From Chlorobiaceae bacterium (GTDB taxonomy: Bacteria; Bacteroidota; Chlorobiia; Chlorobiales; Chlorobiaceae), in the NCBI GenBank assembly GCA_016927285.1, contig JAFGMZ010000096.1, forward strand, positions 1,553 through 65,552: a stretch of 64,000 nt of DNA. The letters are read 5' to 3'. Of this stretch, positions 39,636 to 49,716 are shown one piece after another. Within the stretch, counting starts at the first letter, position 1. Every line of letters begins with the position of its first letter. Both the position numbers and the translations under genes were made by a program. A model generated the notes under the pieces. That model made no database searches and had not been told where the DNA came from. It saw nothing but the letters and a program-made list of their open reading frames with translations.

Positions 39636-41156
39636 TTATTCCGGTTTCAGGTGCGGGAAGAAAATGACGTCGCGGATCGACTCCTGGCCGCAGAGCAGCA
39701 TCACCATGCGGTCGATGCCGATGCCGAGGCCGGCGCAGGGCGGCATGCCGTATTCGAGCGCTCTTAGGAAGTCTTCGTCCACGATCATTGCTTCATCGTC
39801 GCCGCGCTGCCGCAGTTTCGCCTGCGATTCGAGCCTTTCGCGCTGGACGACCGGGTCGTTCAGCTCCGAGAAGGAGTTGCAAAGCTCCTTGCCGCCTGCG
39901 ATCAGCTCGAACCGTTCCACGATTCCGGGTTTCGATCTGTGTTCCTTCGCCAGCGGTGACATTTCGGTCGGGTAGTCGGTGATGAAGGTCGGCTGGATGA
40001 GTTTGGGTTCGACGAATTCTCCGAAGATTTCGTCGATGATTTTGCCTGCGCCGATTTTGGAGTCGAGTTCGAGTCCGAGATCCTTTGCTGTGAGACGGAG
40101 TTCCTGCTCGTTCTTGCCTCCGATGTCCACGCCGCAGTATTCACGGATGGAATCGGCGATGGTGATTCGGCGGAAGGGCGGCTTGAGCGAAATATCGCTA
40201 CCGAGGAAGGTTACGGTATCTGTGCCGTTGACGGCGATCGAGGTTCTGTAGAGCAGTTCCTCGACCTGTTTCATCATCCAGTTGTAATCTTTGTATGCAA
40301 CGTAAAGTTCGACCTGGGTGAACTCTGGATTGTGGAAGCGGTCGATGCCTTCGTTGCGGAAGTCTTTTGCAAATTCGAAGACGCCGTCGAATCCTCCTAC
40401 GATCAGGCGCTTGAGGTAGAGCTCGTTGGCTATGCGGAGGTAGAGTTGCATGTCGAGCGCGTTGTGATGCGTCGTGAAGGGACGTGCTGCGGCACCGCCG
40501 TAAATCGGCTGAAGGATAGGAGTTTCGACTTCGAGCCAGCCTTTGGTGGTGAAAAACTGACGCATGAAGGCGACGATCGCCGAACGCTTGATGAAAGTGT
40601 CGCGGACTTCAGGGTTGACGATCAGGTCGATGTAGCGCTGACGGTAGCGCATTTCTTTATCGCTGAAGGCGTCGTAGACAACTTTCTGGCCGTCAACGTC
40701 TTTTTCCTTGGCTATCGGTATGGGTCGCAGCGATTTGCTGAGCAGCTCGAATGTTTCTGCGTGCACCGAAACCTCGCCGGTTTTCGTTCTGAAGGTATAG
40801 CCCTTTATGCCGACGATATCGCCGATATCGAGAAGCTTGAACGTTGCGTACGCTGTGTCGCCGACGTCGTCTTTTTTCAGGTAGATCTGTATGCGTCCTT
40901 TCGAATCCTGTATATTGAAAAAGGATGCCTTGCCCATTTTGCGAATGGTCATGATTCTTCCTGCGATCGAGACGGGTTTTCGTTCTTCGTCCTGAAAGAA
41001 TTCGATTATATCGACGGAGCAGGTTGTGACATCAAAGGCGCAGGGGTAAGGGTTGACTCCTGATTCCATAAGGTGCAGCCTTTCTTCGTAACGTCGCTGC
41101 ATCTGGTCGTTTAGGGAGAGCTGGTGTTGTTCCTTTTGCGGATTATCTTTCGACAT
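39636..41156 (-). CDS. lysS: Lysine--tRNA ligase (class II)
   Basis: [37 protein letters not shown]. Confidence 0.98.
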   Translation of the reverse strand: MSKDNPQKEQHQLSLNDQMQRRYEERLHLMESGVNPYPCAFDVTTCSVDIIEFFQDEERKPVSIAGRIMTIRKMGKASFFNIQDSKGRIQIYLKKDDVGDTAYATFKLLDIGDIVGIKGYTFRTKTGEVSVHAETFELLSKSLRPIPIAKEKDVDGQKVVYDAFSDKEMRYRQRYIDLIVNPEVRDTFIKRSAIVAFMRQFFTTKGWLEVETPILQPIYGGAAARPFTTHHNALDMQLYLRIANELYLKRLIVGGFDGVFEFAKDFRNEGIDRFHNPEFTQVELYVAYKDYNWMMKQVEELLYRTSIAVNGTDTVTFLGSDISLKPPFRRITIADSIREYCGVDIGGKNEQELRLTAKDLGLELDSKIGAGKIIDEIFGEFVEPKLIQPTFITDYPTEMSPLAKEHRSKPGIVERFELIAGGKELCNSFSELNDPVVQRERLESQAKLRQRGDDEAMIVDEDFLRALEYGMPPCAGLGIGIDRMVMLLCGQESIRDVIFFPHLKPE

Positions 41157-41210
41157 GATTGCTGTTGAAATGAATAAAAAATTTGTTACAGTGCGGTCAT
41201 ACTTATTCCG

Positions 41211-42185
41211 CTATGAAGCTCTTGTTTTATACCATATTGCGGGGATGGTGCTGATTTTCTGATACAAAGAGCGATAGGCCCTGCGTGAGAAGACGTCGTA
41301 GCCGTTCTCCTCGATAGCTTTGAGAATGTTGCCGTAGTTTTCGCTGCTGATCATGACGGCGAACCGGCTCTCTTTTTCAAGCATCGGTATCCCTTTTTCG
41401 GACGAGTGGTAGTAGCTCCTTGCCCGTTCGATCTGGAACTTCATGAGTTCAAGGAAGTTCTGGTTCATGGTTTTTTTCATGAACTCCTCTTCGCTGTAGT
41501 TGAATCGCTCAAGATCCTCCATGGGAAGATAGATTCTGCCTCGATCGATATCTTCGCCGATATCTCGAAGAATGTTGGTAAGCTGCATGGCGATTCCGAG
41601 ATCTATAGCATGCTGCAGGGCCTGTCGGTCGCTGTATCCGAAAATCTCCGACGTCATGAGTCCTACGACCGAAGCTACCTTGTAGCAGTAGACGTAGAGT
41701 TCGTCGAAGGTCCGGAATTTCTTGAATTCGATATCCATTGCGACGCCGTCCATGAGATCAAGCGGGAGTTCTATCGGTATGGCATGTGTTTTCAGGGTAT
41801 CGTGCCATGCCATCATGATCGGGTCGCGTTCAATTTCTCCTGCATAGCAGCGCTTCAACCGGGTTTTCCAGCCTTCGAGCATCTCGTTGATCTCTCCCCG
41901 GGTAATCTCTCCATTAGCGAGCTTATCCTCGGCAAGGTCTACCAGGTCATCAACCGTCCTGAGCAGCGCGTAGATTGCGAAAATAGGGTTTTGCTGGCGT
42001 TTTGGCAGAAAGAGTGTAGCCAGATAGAATGTTTTGGCGTGTTGTTTCGATATCTGGCGGCAATACCTGTAGGCGTTGTCGAGGGTGAGCGCATCTTTCG
42101 CCCCCTGCACGGTAGTTTGTCCATTATAACGGTGATCCATGTAACTTGCGTGCTTTACTGTTGACACTCGATTCTGCGACTCCAT
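41211..42185 (-). CDS. crtB: Phytoene synthase
   Basis: HAKTFY, RTVDDLVD, YCYKVASVVG, QLTNILRDIGED..RGRIYLP. Confidence 0.93.
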   Translation of the reverse strand: MESQNRVSTVKHASYMDHRYNGQTTVQGAKDALTLDNAYRYCRQISKQHAKTFYLATLFLPKRQQNPIFAIYALLRTVDDLVDLAEDKLANGEITRGEINEMLEGWKTRLKRCYAGEIERDPIMMAWHDTLKTHAIPIELPLDLMDGVAMDIEFKKFRTFDELYVYCYKVASVVGLMTSEIFGYSDRQALQHAIDLGIAMQLTNILRDIGEDIDRGRIYLPMEDLERFNYSEEEFMKKTMNQNFLELMKFQIERARSYYHSSEKGIPMLEKESRFAVMISSENYGNILKAIEENGYDVFSRRAYRSLYQKISTIPAIWYKTRAS

Positions 42186-42392
42186 AGCCGATACGGTGCG
42201 ACACTATGCAGACGGCGGTCGGCATACCCTGTTTTCCGTATGCGTATGAGATCAAAAATGTGTAACTTTTAACGGTAGCGATATGTTTTTTTTCTATGCC
42301 TTGTCAAGATATGATAATGCGTTAAATATCACAAAACGCCATCGGTCGGCGTTTTATCGTATTGGTGTTCAACATAACAGCAGACTTACCTA

Positions 42393-43697
42393 TTGAATAC
42401 ATTTTTTGTTGACCAGCCGCGTGAACGAGCGGTGCTTGTGGGTATATGTTCTCCGCCAGAGGTAACCAGGGAACAGGTGGAGGAGTATCTTTCGGAACTT
42501 TTCTTTCTTGCGGATACCGCTGGCGCAGATGTGCTTTCTTCGATCATCCAGGAGCGCCGTCAGCCTGACCCGGGAACCTATATCGGCAAGGGGAAGGTCG
42601 ATGAGCTTGCCGGATTCATCCGGGATGAGCTGGTTGATATTGTCATTGTCGATGATGACCTTTCTCCTGTACAGGCAAGAAACCTTGAACGGGCTTTCGA
42701 GTGCAAGGTGATCGATCGGACCGGCCTGATTCTTCAGATTTTTGCCCTGAGGGCGCAGTCGGCCCGAGCGAAGATGCAGGTTGAGCTTGCCCAGCTCGAG
42801 TATATGCTTCCCCGTTTGACAGGGCAGTGGACTCACCTTTCGAAGCAGAAGGGTGGTATAGGGACCAAAGGTCCGGGTGAGACGCAGATCGAGACAGACC
42901 GTCGTCTTGTTCGAAACCGGATTTCCTGGCTGAAAAAAAAGCTGCGTGAGGACACGCAGCAGCACGATACCCAGACCAGAGGGCGACGTTCGATTCCCGG
43001 CGTGGCGCTTGTGGGGTATACCAATGCCGGAAAATCCACGCTGATGAATGCTCTTTGCCCTGAAGCGGGAGCCTTTGCAGAGAACAGGTTGTTCGCAACG
43101 CTCGATACAAAAACGCGGCGTCTTGAACTGAAAATCAATAAGCTCGTTTTGCTTTCCGACACGGTTGGTTTTATCAGAAAGCTGCCGCATAAACTGGTGG
43201 AGAGTTTCCGGTCGACTCTTGAAGAGGTATTGCAGGCGGATTTTCTGCTCCATGTGATCGATGTCAGTCATCACGGTTTTGAAGAGCAGATGCAGGTTGT
43301 CCGCCAGACCCTGAAGGACATCGGGGTGGAGCATGAAAATATCATCGAGGTGTTCAACAAGATAGATGCTCTCGAAGATCCTGATATATTGCGGGATTTG
43401 CGTTTGCGCTATCCCGAAGCGGTTTTTATTTCGGCGGCAAGAGGAATCAATCTGTCGGCCCTTAAAGAGGCCGTCAGCGATCATCTGACAAGGGATTTCC
43501 GGGAGAGGAAACTCCGCATTCACGTATCGAATTACAAGCTTATCGGGTATCTCTACGACCATGCGGAGGTGATGGGAAAGCAATATCTTGATGAAGAGAT
43601 CGAGTTGACTTTCAGGGTGCATAAAAACCTTCTCAAGCATGTAGACGCGCTTATTAACGCTTCAGAACACAGCATGTATGCCAGTGCAGATTTTTAA
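42393..43697 (+). CDS. hflX: GTPase HflX
   Basis: GPGETQIETDRR, GYTNAGKST, DTVGFI, NKID; TTG start. Confidence 0.96.
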   Translation: MNTFFVDQPRERAVLVGICSPPEVTREQVEEYLSELFFLADTAGADVLSSIIQERRQPDPGTYIGKGKVDELAGFIRDELVDIVIVDDDLSPVQARNLERAFECKVIDRTGLILQIFALRAQSARAKMQVELAQLEYMLPRLTGQWTHLSKQKGGIGTKGPGETQIETDRRLVRNRISWLKKKLREDTQQHDTQTRGRRSIPGVALVGYTNAGKSTLMNALCPEAGAFAENRLFATLDTKTRRLELKINKLVLLSDTVGFIRKLPHKLVESFRSTLEEVLQADFLLHVIDVSHHGFEEQMQVVRQTLKDIGVEHENIIEVFNKIDALEDPDILRDLRLRYPEAVFISAARGINLSALKEAVSDHLTRDFRERKLRIHVSNYKLIGYLYDHAEVMGKQYLDEEIELTFRVHKNLLKHVDALINASEHSMYASADF

Positions 43698-44121
43698 CAC
43701 CACAAGAAAGCCTCTGCCAGAAGAGCTGCTTGTCCGGACGGTCGAAACGGTGCTTGAAGCCGAGGGATTCGGCATAGAGAATATTGTTGCGGTCTATTGC
43801 GGCAGAAAGATGATACGACGGATCAATCGGGAATTTCTGCAGCACGATTATGCTACAGATACCATTACGTTCCGTTACAATGACGGCAGCGATGTTGACG
43901 GGGAGTTTTATATTTCTCTTGATGTGATTGAAGAAAATGCCGGAAGGTTCGGAACGGATGTACGGCAGGAGCTGCTGCGCGTGACGATTCACTCCGCTCT
44001 TCACCTTATAGGGTTCGATGACGAGACGCCCGAAGCGCGCAAGGTGATGCAGGAGAAGGAGGAGTTCTATCTTTTTCATCTTCCTGTTACTGAAAATAAA
44101 AAAAATGATAACCATGCCTGA
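43678..44121 (+). CDS. ybeY: rRNA maturation RNase YbeY
   Basis: HDYATDTITF, HSALHLIGFDD. Confidence 0.9.
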   Translation: MPVQIFNTTRKPLPEELLVRTVETVLEAEGFGIENIVAVYCGRKMIRRINREFLQHDYATDTITFRYNDGSDVDGEFYISLDVIEENAGRFGTDVRQELLRVTIHSALHLIGFDDETPEARKVMQEKEEFYLFHLPVTENKKNDNHA

Positions 44122-44689
44122 TCTGGATACTTCGGAAAAGAGGGATTCGCAACGTTCGTCAGCCAAACGTTTTTTCAGGGTTGCCGTTCCTGTTCTTATT
44201 CTGCTGCTGGCAGGCGGTATCGCGCTCATGTATTATGTGGGAGAGTGGCGTCTCAGGCAGGCGGCAGAGACTGCGGGTATCGAGAAGCAGCGGTATGAGC
44301 GTCTTCTTGATGAACAGGTTCTTGATATTCAGCGTTCGGATGTCCGGTTGTTTAGCCTGCCGCTTGCCTGGGCAATACGACGGGAGCTGATCCAGCAGAA
44401 TTACGGACAGGTAGAAGAGTATTTTATTGAACTCATCAAGCACAAACAGTTCCGATCAGTCATGCTGCTCGATCCTGACGGTAGCGTAAGGATTTCAACG
44501 GACAGAAAACTTCAGGGAAGCGCTTTTTCCGAGCTTTACCCAGGCATGAACGCCTTGTCGCAACAGGTTGTATCCTACTCTCTTTCCGAGGGGAGCAGTA
44601 TCTATCTCGTTCCGGTGATGGGGTTGAATGAGCGTATCGGAACGATAGCGTTTGTCTACTCGTACAGCAGAATCGCCCGTCCGCAGTAA
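44114..44689 (+). CDS. Membrane-anchored hypothetical protein (Cache-like periplasmic domain)
   Basis: Single N-terminal TM followed by a LLDPDG.V..STD PAS/Cache-like pattern. Confidence 0.6.
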   Translation: MPDLDTSEKRDSQRSSAKRFFRVAVPVLILLLAGGIALMYYVGEWRLRQAAETAGIEKQRYERLLDEQVLDIQRSDVRLFSLPLAWAIRRELIQQNYGQVEEYFIELIKHKQFRSVMLLDPDGSVRISTDRKLQGSAFSELYPGMNALSQQVVSYSLSEGSSIYLVPVMGLNERIGTIAFVYSYSRIARPQ

Positions 44690-44719
44690 CAGTTTTTTTA
44701 ACATAATCATCTGACTGCC

Positions 44720-45493
44720 ATGCGTAAACTTATTCCTGTTTTTGTACTTGCTCTCTTTATCGTATTCTCTTTCGGTGCATGCGGCAGCGGCTCGAAAGAC
44801 GTAGAAAACAATGCGGCTGAAAGCGGAGGGACAGGAGGGTCTCTTCTGCCTTTTTCCCGGGAGTTCGAGGGTATTCTGACCATGCGCACCACCATGCCTG
44901 ATGCGGGCAGTTCAGAGATGAAGATGTTCATCGCTGAAGAAGGTATGCGCATGGAGACGACCTCGAATATTAAAAATATGCCCGAGGGCATGCGTATGGT
45001 GATACTTTCACCTGCAGCAACACCCAATATGGTTTATCTGATTAATGATGCCAACAAATCCTATACGATTATCGATACGAAAGATCCGGATGATGGCGAT
45101 ATGGATGATATCGATAAGGATCCCTACGAAGACGCCAGGATCGAGAAGCTTGGAAAGGAGACGGTGAATGGATATTCCTGTAATCATGTAAGAATTACAG
45201 AGGGCGATTCTGTCATGGATATGTGGGTTTCCAAGGATGTTCTTGATTACAGCACTTTTGCCAGAATGCAGGGAGCGCGGGATAAGGATATGCCTACATA
45301 TGCGGCCGGTCTTCGAAAAGCCGGTCTGGATGGTTTTCCTGTAAAGATCGTGCAGTCGCCTTCAAATATTACCACCGAACTTGTCAGCGTTGAGAAAAAA
45401 GGTCTCGATGCCGATTTGTTCAGTTTGCCGGCGGGGTATTCGAAAACACAGTTACCAACCATGAACTATGATTTTTCGCCCGAACAGCGTTAA
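44720..45493 (+). CDS. DUF4412-like lipoprotein
   Basis: Lipobox FGAC; LGKETVNGYSC, MWVSKD, GFPVKI, F.LPAGY. Confidence 0.75.
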   Translation: MRKLIPVFVLALFIVFSFGACGSGSKDVENNAAESGGTGGSLLPFSREFEGILTMRTTMPDAGSSEMKMFIAEEGMRMETTSNIKNMPEGMRMVILSPAATPNMVYLINDANKSYTIIDTKDPDDGDMDDIDKDPYEDARIEKLGKETVNGYSCNHVRITEGDSVMDMWVSKDVLDYSTFARMQGARDKDMPTYAAGLRKAGLDGFPVKIVQSPSNITTELVSVEKKGLDADLFSLPAGYSKTQLPTMNYDFSPEQR

Positions 45494-45579
45494 GAGATGA
45501 CCGGGGCGAAGGGCTGGCTGAAGGCTCTGCAAGGAGCGTGATTCGTGTTTTATAATTCATAATCACTAAAAAACCGGTA

Positions 45580-46653
45580 ATGAATCTGTTTATCAACGAT
45601 CTGCCCTGTGAGGCCACAGTCGGGCAGACTCTCGGAAAGGCTGCCCGGCTCAATCACAGCCATGTAGGCTACGTGTGCGGCGGACACGGCATCTGTCAGG
45701 CCTGTTACGTGACCGTTGAGGAGGGCATTGATCAACTTTCTGCGCTTTCAGATATCGAAAAGGCGTTTCTTTCTCCTCGTCAGATTGCAGCCGGAGGTCG
45801 GCTTGCCTGCCAGGCAACCATCACCGGAGAGGGGGCCATCAGGGTGCTGTCGCGTCCCGAACAGGTAAAACGTCTGCTCTTTTCCGATCCTGCCGGTCTT
45901 TTCGCATATGGAGCTGAAATGGGACAGGATGTTGCTGCCCGGATTATACCAGGCGTTTCGAATCTCGCCGGACGGATCGGTCGGGGCGAGCTTGGCGGTT
46001 CCGGAGCTCTCGGCGATGTTTTCGAATCAGCAGGCGCAGCCTTGCGGCTTGTTCTCAGCGAAGGTCCGAAAATGCTTCCGTTGAGGGAGCAGCTTATTGC
46101 GCTGCTTGCGGCGTTACCGGTAAAGGTACCTTTCCTTGCTGTTCAGCAGCCGGCGGCAAAGCCTGAAATGATTTCTCTTACGGTCAGCGCTAAAGGTTCG
46201 GATCTCCTTCCGGAAGGGTCAGCTGCCGTTGTTTCCTCAGAGAGCGTCGTGACGGATTCCGTTTCATTCGCTGGCGTACCGGAAGTTCATGCATCGAAGC
46301 TTATAGGCGCGGGGATTACAAGTTTTGGCGATCTGCTTGAAAAAGGCAGAGACAGGGTTGGGCGCACCGCGCTTTCAGCTGAGACCGGCCTTGACGAAAA
46401 GATTGTGCTGACTCTCGTGAACCGCGCCGATCTGGCCAGGATCAAGGGTATCGGCGCATCGTATTCGGAATTGCTCGAAGCCGCGGGCGTCGATACCGTG
46501 CCTGAACTTGCCCAGCGTAATCCTGCGAATCTGCACGCGAAAATAAATGCGCTCAATTCTAAAAAGAAGCTTGTACTGCAGCTTCCGTCGCCCGAGCAGA
46601 TAAGCGATTGGATCGTTCAGGCTAAATTCCTTGCCAGGGTTGTGACTTACTGA
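45580..46653 (+). CDS. csmI: Chlorosome envelope 2Fe-2S protein CsmI fused to a DUF4332-like domain
   Basis: N-terminus GQTLGKAARLNHSHVGYVCGGHGICQAC...RLACQ matches CsmI as I recall it; C-terminus ADLARIKGIG..YSELLEAAGVDTVPELAQRNPANL is DUF4332-like. Confidence 0.82.
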   Translation: MNLFINDLPCEATVGQTLGKAARLNHSHVGYVCGGHGICQACYVTVEEGIDQLSALSDIEKAFLSPRQIAAGGRLACQATITGEGAIRVLSRPEQVKRLLFSDPAGLFAYGAEMGQDVAARIIPGVSNLAGRIGRGELGGSGALGDVFESAGAALRLVLSEGPKMLPLREQLIALLAALPVKVPFLAVQQPAAKPEMISLTVSAKGSDLLPEGSAAVVSSESVVTDSVSFAGVPEVHASKLIGAGITSFGDLLEKGRDRVGRTALSAETGLDEKIVLTLVNRADLARIKGIGASYSELLEAAGVDTVPELAQRNPANLHAKINALNSKKKLVLQLPSPEQISDWIVQAKFLARVVTY

Positions 46654-46722
46654 CAGCAAACCAGCCAGCGATCGTTGTGCCGAGTATTGTTCGGGGCCGC
46701 AACAGGTTATCATGCATCATGC

Positions 46723-46758
46723 GGGAGACCGTCTTTTAAAGGGTGGTCTCCCATTTTT
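46723..46758 (+). terminator. Rho-independent terminator after csmI
   Basis: GGGAGACC-loop-GGTCTCCC followed by ATTTTT. Confidence 0.75.
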
Positions 46759-46877
46759 ATTTTTGATTGAAATTTGATTATCCTGATTTTAATTTATATT
46801 TAGTCGAAATAAGATAAATATACTGCTTTGCCGGCGTTTTCTTTGTTTTCTGACAACAATCGAACCATAAGCGATCA

Positions 46878-47096
46878 ATGAATTGTAAAGCTCGTGAAAT
46901 CGAACCCCACATAGTAACCGAGATTATGCGTTGTATAGCTGACATCTCTTATGGAGAGGTAGTCGTTACCATTCATGACGCACGAATCGTTCAGGTGGAG
47001 AGAAGGGAGAAGCGCAGATTTGATTTGATTGAAAGCGGCAAGGGACGATTAAAATGCAAACAGGGCCAAACCGATTTCAGAAATCCTGAAAAATGA
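46878..47096 (+). CDS. YezD/DUF2292 family small protein
   Basis: ISYGEVVVTIHDARIVQVERREKRRF. Confidence 0.8.
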   Translation: MNCKAREIEPHIVTEIMRCIADISYGEVVVTIHDARIVQVERREKRRFDLIESGKGRLKCKQGQTDFRNPEK

Positions 47097-47234
47097 TCGC
47101 GGAGCATTCTGATAGACTATTCGCTTGACTCATAAAGTCAGATAAAACTTTTCGCTTTATGGGGCGGTAATGTCGTTTCGTTTTTTTTATAAATAAAATT
47201 AATCTTAATAAAAATAAAACCATTTGGCACAATC

Positions 47235-49142
47235 ATGAAAAAAAGAGATTACACTCTGTTGGCGTTGCTGTTGATTTCTTCGGCGCCGCTTCACGCCGAA
47301 GAGGCGGAATCTCGCTTTACGCTCGATGAAACCGTTGTGACGGCGACTCTTGCGGAGACGTCAGTCAGTAAAGTTCCGGCGGCCATAGAGATAATCACTG
47401 CGGTCGAGATAGCGGAGATGGGCGCTGAGACGCTGCATCAGATTCTTGCTGAGGCTCAGAGCGTTACGCTTGAGCCGACCAGCGGACGCCAGAGCGTCGT
47501 CCGTATGCGGGGGCTCGGGAGCAGTTCCGCGTTGGTTATGCTCGATGGTGTAAGGCTGCCATCGGGGTTCCAGGACAAGGCGGATCTTGTGGAGATTCCT
47601 GCCGGCATCATCGAGCGAATTGAAATCGTACGCGGACCGGGTTCTGCGCTCTACGGCAGCGATGCCATAGCCGGCGTTATCAATGTTATAACGAAGAAGC
47701 CTTCCGGCCAGTCGAAGGCATGGTTGGGTTCCCGTTACGGCGAAAGCCGCCATGGCGAAGCGGAAGAGACGGTATTCGATGCCGGCGTCAGCGGCAGTAC
47801 CGGTTCGCTCGGGTATGTTCTTGCTGGTTCTTTCTCCGATAAGGGGCGTTTCGATTTTGATTCTGCCGACAGGAAAACCGATGGCGATGACATGCGCATC
47901 GCATCAGGCGCCGGTCGTCTGGTCTGGCAGGCGGGCGATCGTACCGTGGTCAGCCTTGGGGCGATCTATGCGGAGGTCGAGCGCGAGGGCATCCGTCCAA
48001 AGAGAAACAAGGAGAATGACTGGTACAACAATTCCGACCGGTTTACCGGGAGTCTCGAACTGCAGCATGAGTTGGGGGAAAGTTCGGAGCTGCTGCTGCG
48101 CCTGTCGCGTTCAGAATACGACTGGGGACTGAAACTGATTCCCCGCGACAATACGGCGTCAGAACTGCACGATGTGGAACAGGTTTCGACTCAGTTCGAG
48201 GGTCGCTGGAGGGGAAAGGTTATTGACGGTCATATCGTGACTGCGGGAATGGAGTACCGAGCGGATGACCGGATTGATGACGGTCTTGAGAGCGAGATTG
48301 AGAATTTTGCCCTCTTTTTGCAGGACGAGGTGTCGGTGGGCGAAAGGTTTTATGCGGTTCTCGGGCTTCGTTACGACGATCACTCCGGTTTTGGATCGGT
48401 CTTCAGTCCGAGAATCAATCTTGCATATCGAGTGAGCGATCTGCTTCGATTGCGTGCAGCCTATGGCGAAGGGTTCCGCGCTCCGACCGCTTTCGAGCTC
48501 TATTCCGGTTCGCCCTATACTATCAACCGGATACTTATTCCTGACCCCGATCTCGAACCGGAAACGTCGAGGACCTGGGAGGTCGGCGCCGATCTCAAGC
48601 ACGGAGGATTATCGCTTGGCCTGACGGCGTTCAGGAACGATATCCGGGATATGATAGCGGAGGTGTTTACCGGATCGTATGAAGGAACAAATCCGAAAAT
48701 TCCGGTCAACAGCATGGAGAATATCGCCGATGCGATGACGCAGGGGCTCGAAGTATCGGCATCCCTGACGCTGCCGGGAGGGTTTGAGCTCTCCGATGAG
48801 CTGACCTGGCTTGAGAGCGAGGATAAGGCGACCGGCGAGGATCTGCTCTATGTGCCGGATCTGTCCAATGTGCTTAAGCTTTCCTGGAGAAATAAGCCGG
48901 CAGGTTTCAACGGGAGCGTCCGGCTTGTGACGATCGGTACCCGTTCTTACGGCGCCGGGGTGAAAAGCGCCGGATATTCCATGGTGAATCTGCAGGCATC
49001 AAAAACCCTTACCTCCCAGGTAAAGGTCTCTGCCGGAGTCGATAACGTATTCGACAGGAAGGTCGAGGATGCATACGGCAACGTTTATGGTCCGGGAAGT
49101 ACCGGTACCTTCTACTATGGCGGAATCAGCCTGAATCTGTAA
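47235..49142 (+). CDS. TonB-dependent receptor (CirA/BtuB-like)
   Basis: Signal peptide, TonB box [40 protein letters not shown]. Confidence 0.93.
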   Translation: MKKRDYTLLALLLISSAPLHAEEAESRFTLDETVVTATLAETSVSKVPAAIEIITAVEIAEMGAETLHQILAEAQSVTLEPTSGRQSVVRMRGLGSSSALVMLDGVRLPSGFQDKADLVEIPAGIIERIEIVRGPGSALYGSDAIAGVINVITKKPSGQSKAWLGSRYGESRHGEAEETVFDAGVSGSTGSLGYVLAGSFSDKGRFDFDSADRKTDGDDMRIASGAGRLVWQAGDRTVVSLGAIYAEVEREGIRPKRNKENDWYNNSDRFTGSLELQHELGESSELLLRLSRSEYDWGLKLIPRDNTASELHDVEQVSTQFEGRWRGKVIDGHIVTAGMEYRADDRIDDGLESEIENFALFLQDEVSVGERFYAVLGLRYDDHSGFGSVFSPRINLAYRVSDLLRLRAAYGEGFRAPTAFELYSGSPYTINRILIPDPDLEPETSRTWEVGADLKHGGLSLGLTAFRNDIRDMIAEVFTGSYEGTNPKIPVNSMENIADAMTQGLEVSASLTLPGGFELSDELTWLESEDKATGEDLLYVPDLSNVLKLSWRNKPAGFNGSVRLVTIGTRSYGAGVKSAGYSMVNLQASKTLTSQVKVSAGVDNVFDRKVEDAYGNVYGPGSTGTFYYGGISLNL

Positions 49143-49151
49143 TCACAATAT

Positions 49152-49586
49152 ATGATCACGAAGAACTATACAGCAAGCGCAGCTGTTTTCGGAGCTCTGT
49201 TTTGCCTGTTTGCGGGGTCGGCGACGGTTGCTGCCCGGGGCTCCGGCAAGGTTTCGGCCGCTGATGGGCTTCAAGGGGAGTCAATCTATCGCAGCAGCTG
49301 CATGGTCTGCCACTCCCTTGTGCCCCCGCCTAAAGTTGCTCCGCCGGTAAAAGGACTTGCGAGGCACTATCGTGAAGCGTTCAAAAGCAAGCGCGAGGCG
49401 GTCGATCACATGGTGGCTTTCATGAAAAAGCCCGATGCGTCGAAAGCTGTTTGCCAGGAGGAGGCAATCAGGCGTTTCGGGCTGATGCCGGCCATGAGTC
49501 TTCCTGAATCCGACTTGCGAGCGGTATCGGAATGGGTGTGGGATCAGTTCGACCCCGCCATGAAGCCAGGAGATCACAAGCACTGA
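49152..49586 (+). CDS. Periplasmic monoheme cytochrome c
   Basis: Signal peptide, CMVCH heme motif, distal Met candidate in FGLMPAM. Confidence 0.88.
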   Translation: MITKNYTASAAVFGALFCLFAGSATVAARGSGKVSAADGLQGESIYRSSCMVCHSLVPPPKVAPPVKGLARHYREAFKSKREAVDHMVAFMKKPDASKAVCQEEAIRRFGLMPAMSLPESDLRAVSEWVWDQFDPAMKPGDHKH

Positions 49587-49629
49587 TGGTTCCGGCAAGA
49601 GCGGATTTGAGAGAGAAAAAAAAGTGGCG

Positions 49630-49716
49630 ACTGTACCTGCAGAGCGCAATTTATTAGAGTAGCGGAGCTGGCGACCGGAATTCCGGAGTTTGCCTTCGGC
49701 AAGGTCAACAACAGCT
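49630..49716 (+). promoter_or_regulatory. Conserved receptor leader, copy 1 (homologous to 55265-55352)
   Basis: ACTGTACCTGCAGAGCGCA ... ACCGGAATTCCGG ... ACAGCT-ATG. Confidence 0.7.

Noticed and set aside
42390-43640. Long antisense ORFs (416 aa opposite hflX; likewise 19048-20082, 24654-25802, 33982-34890, 53940-54902)
   Set aside because: Shadow frames of well-supported genes on the other strand, with no recognisable motifs
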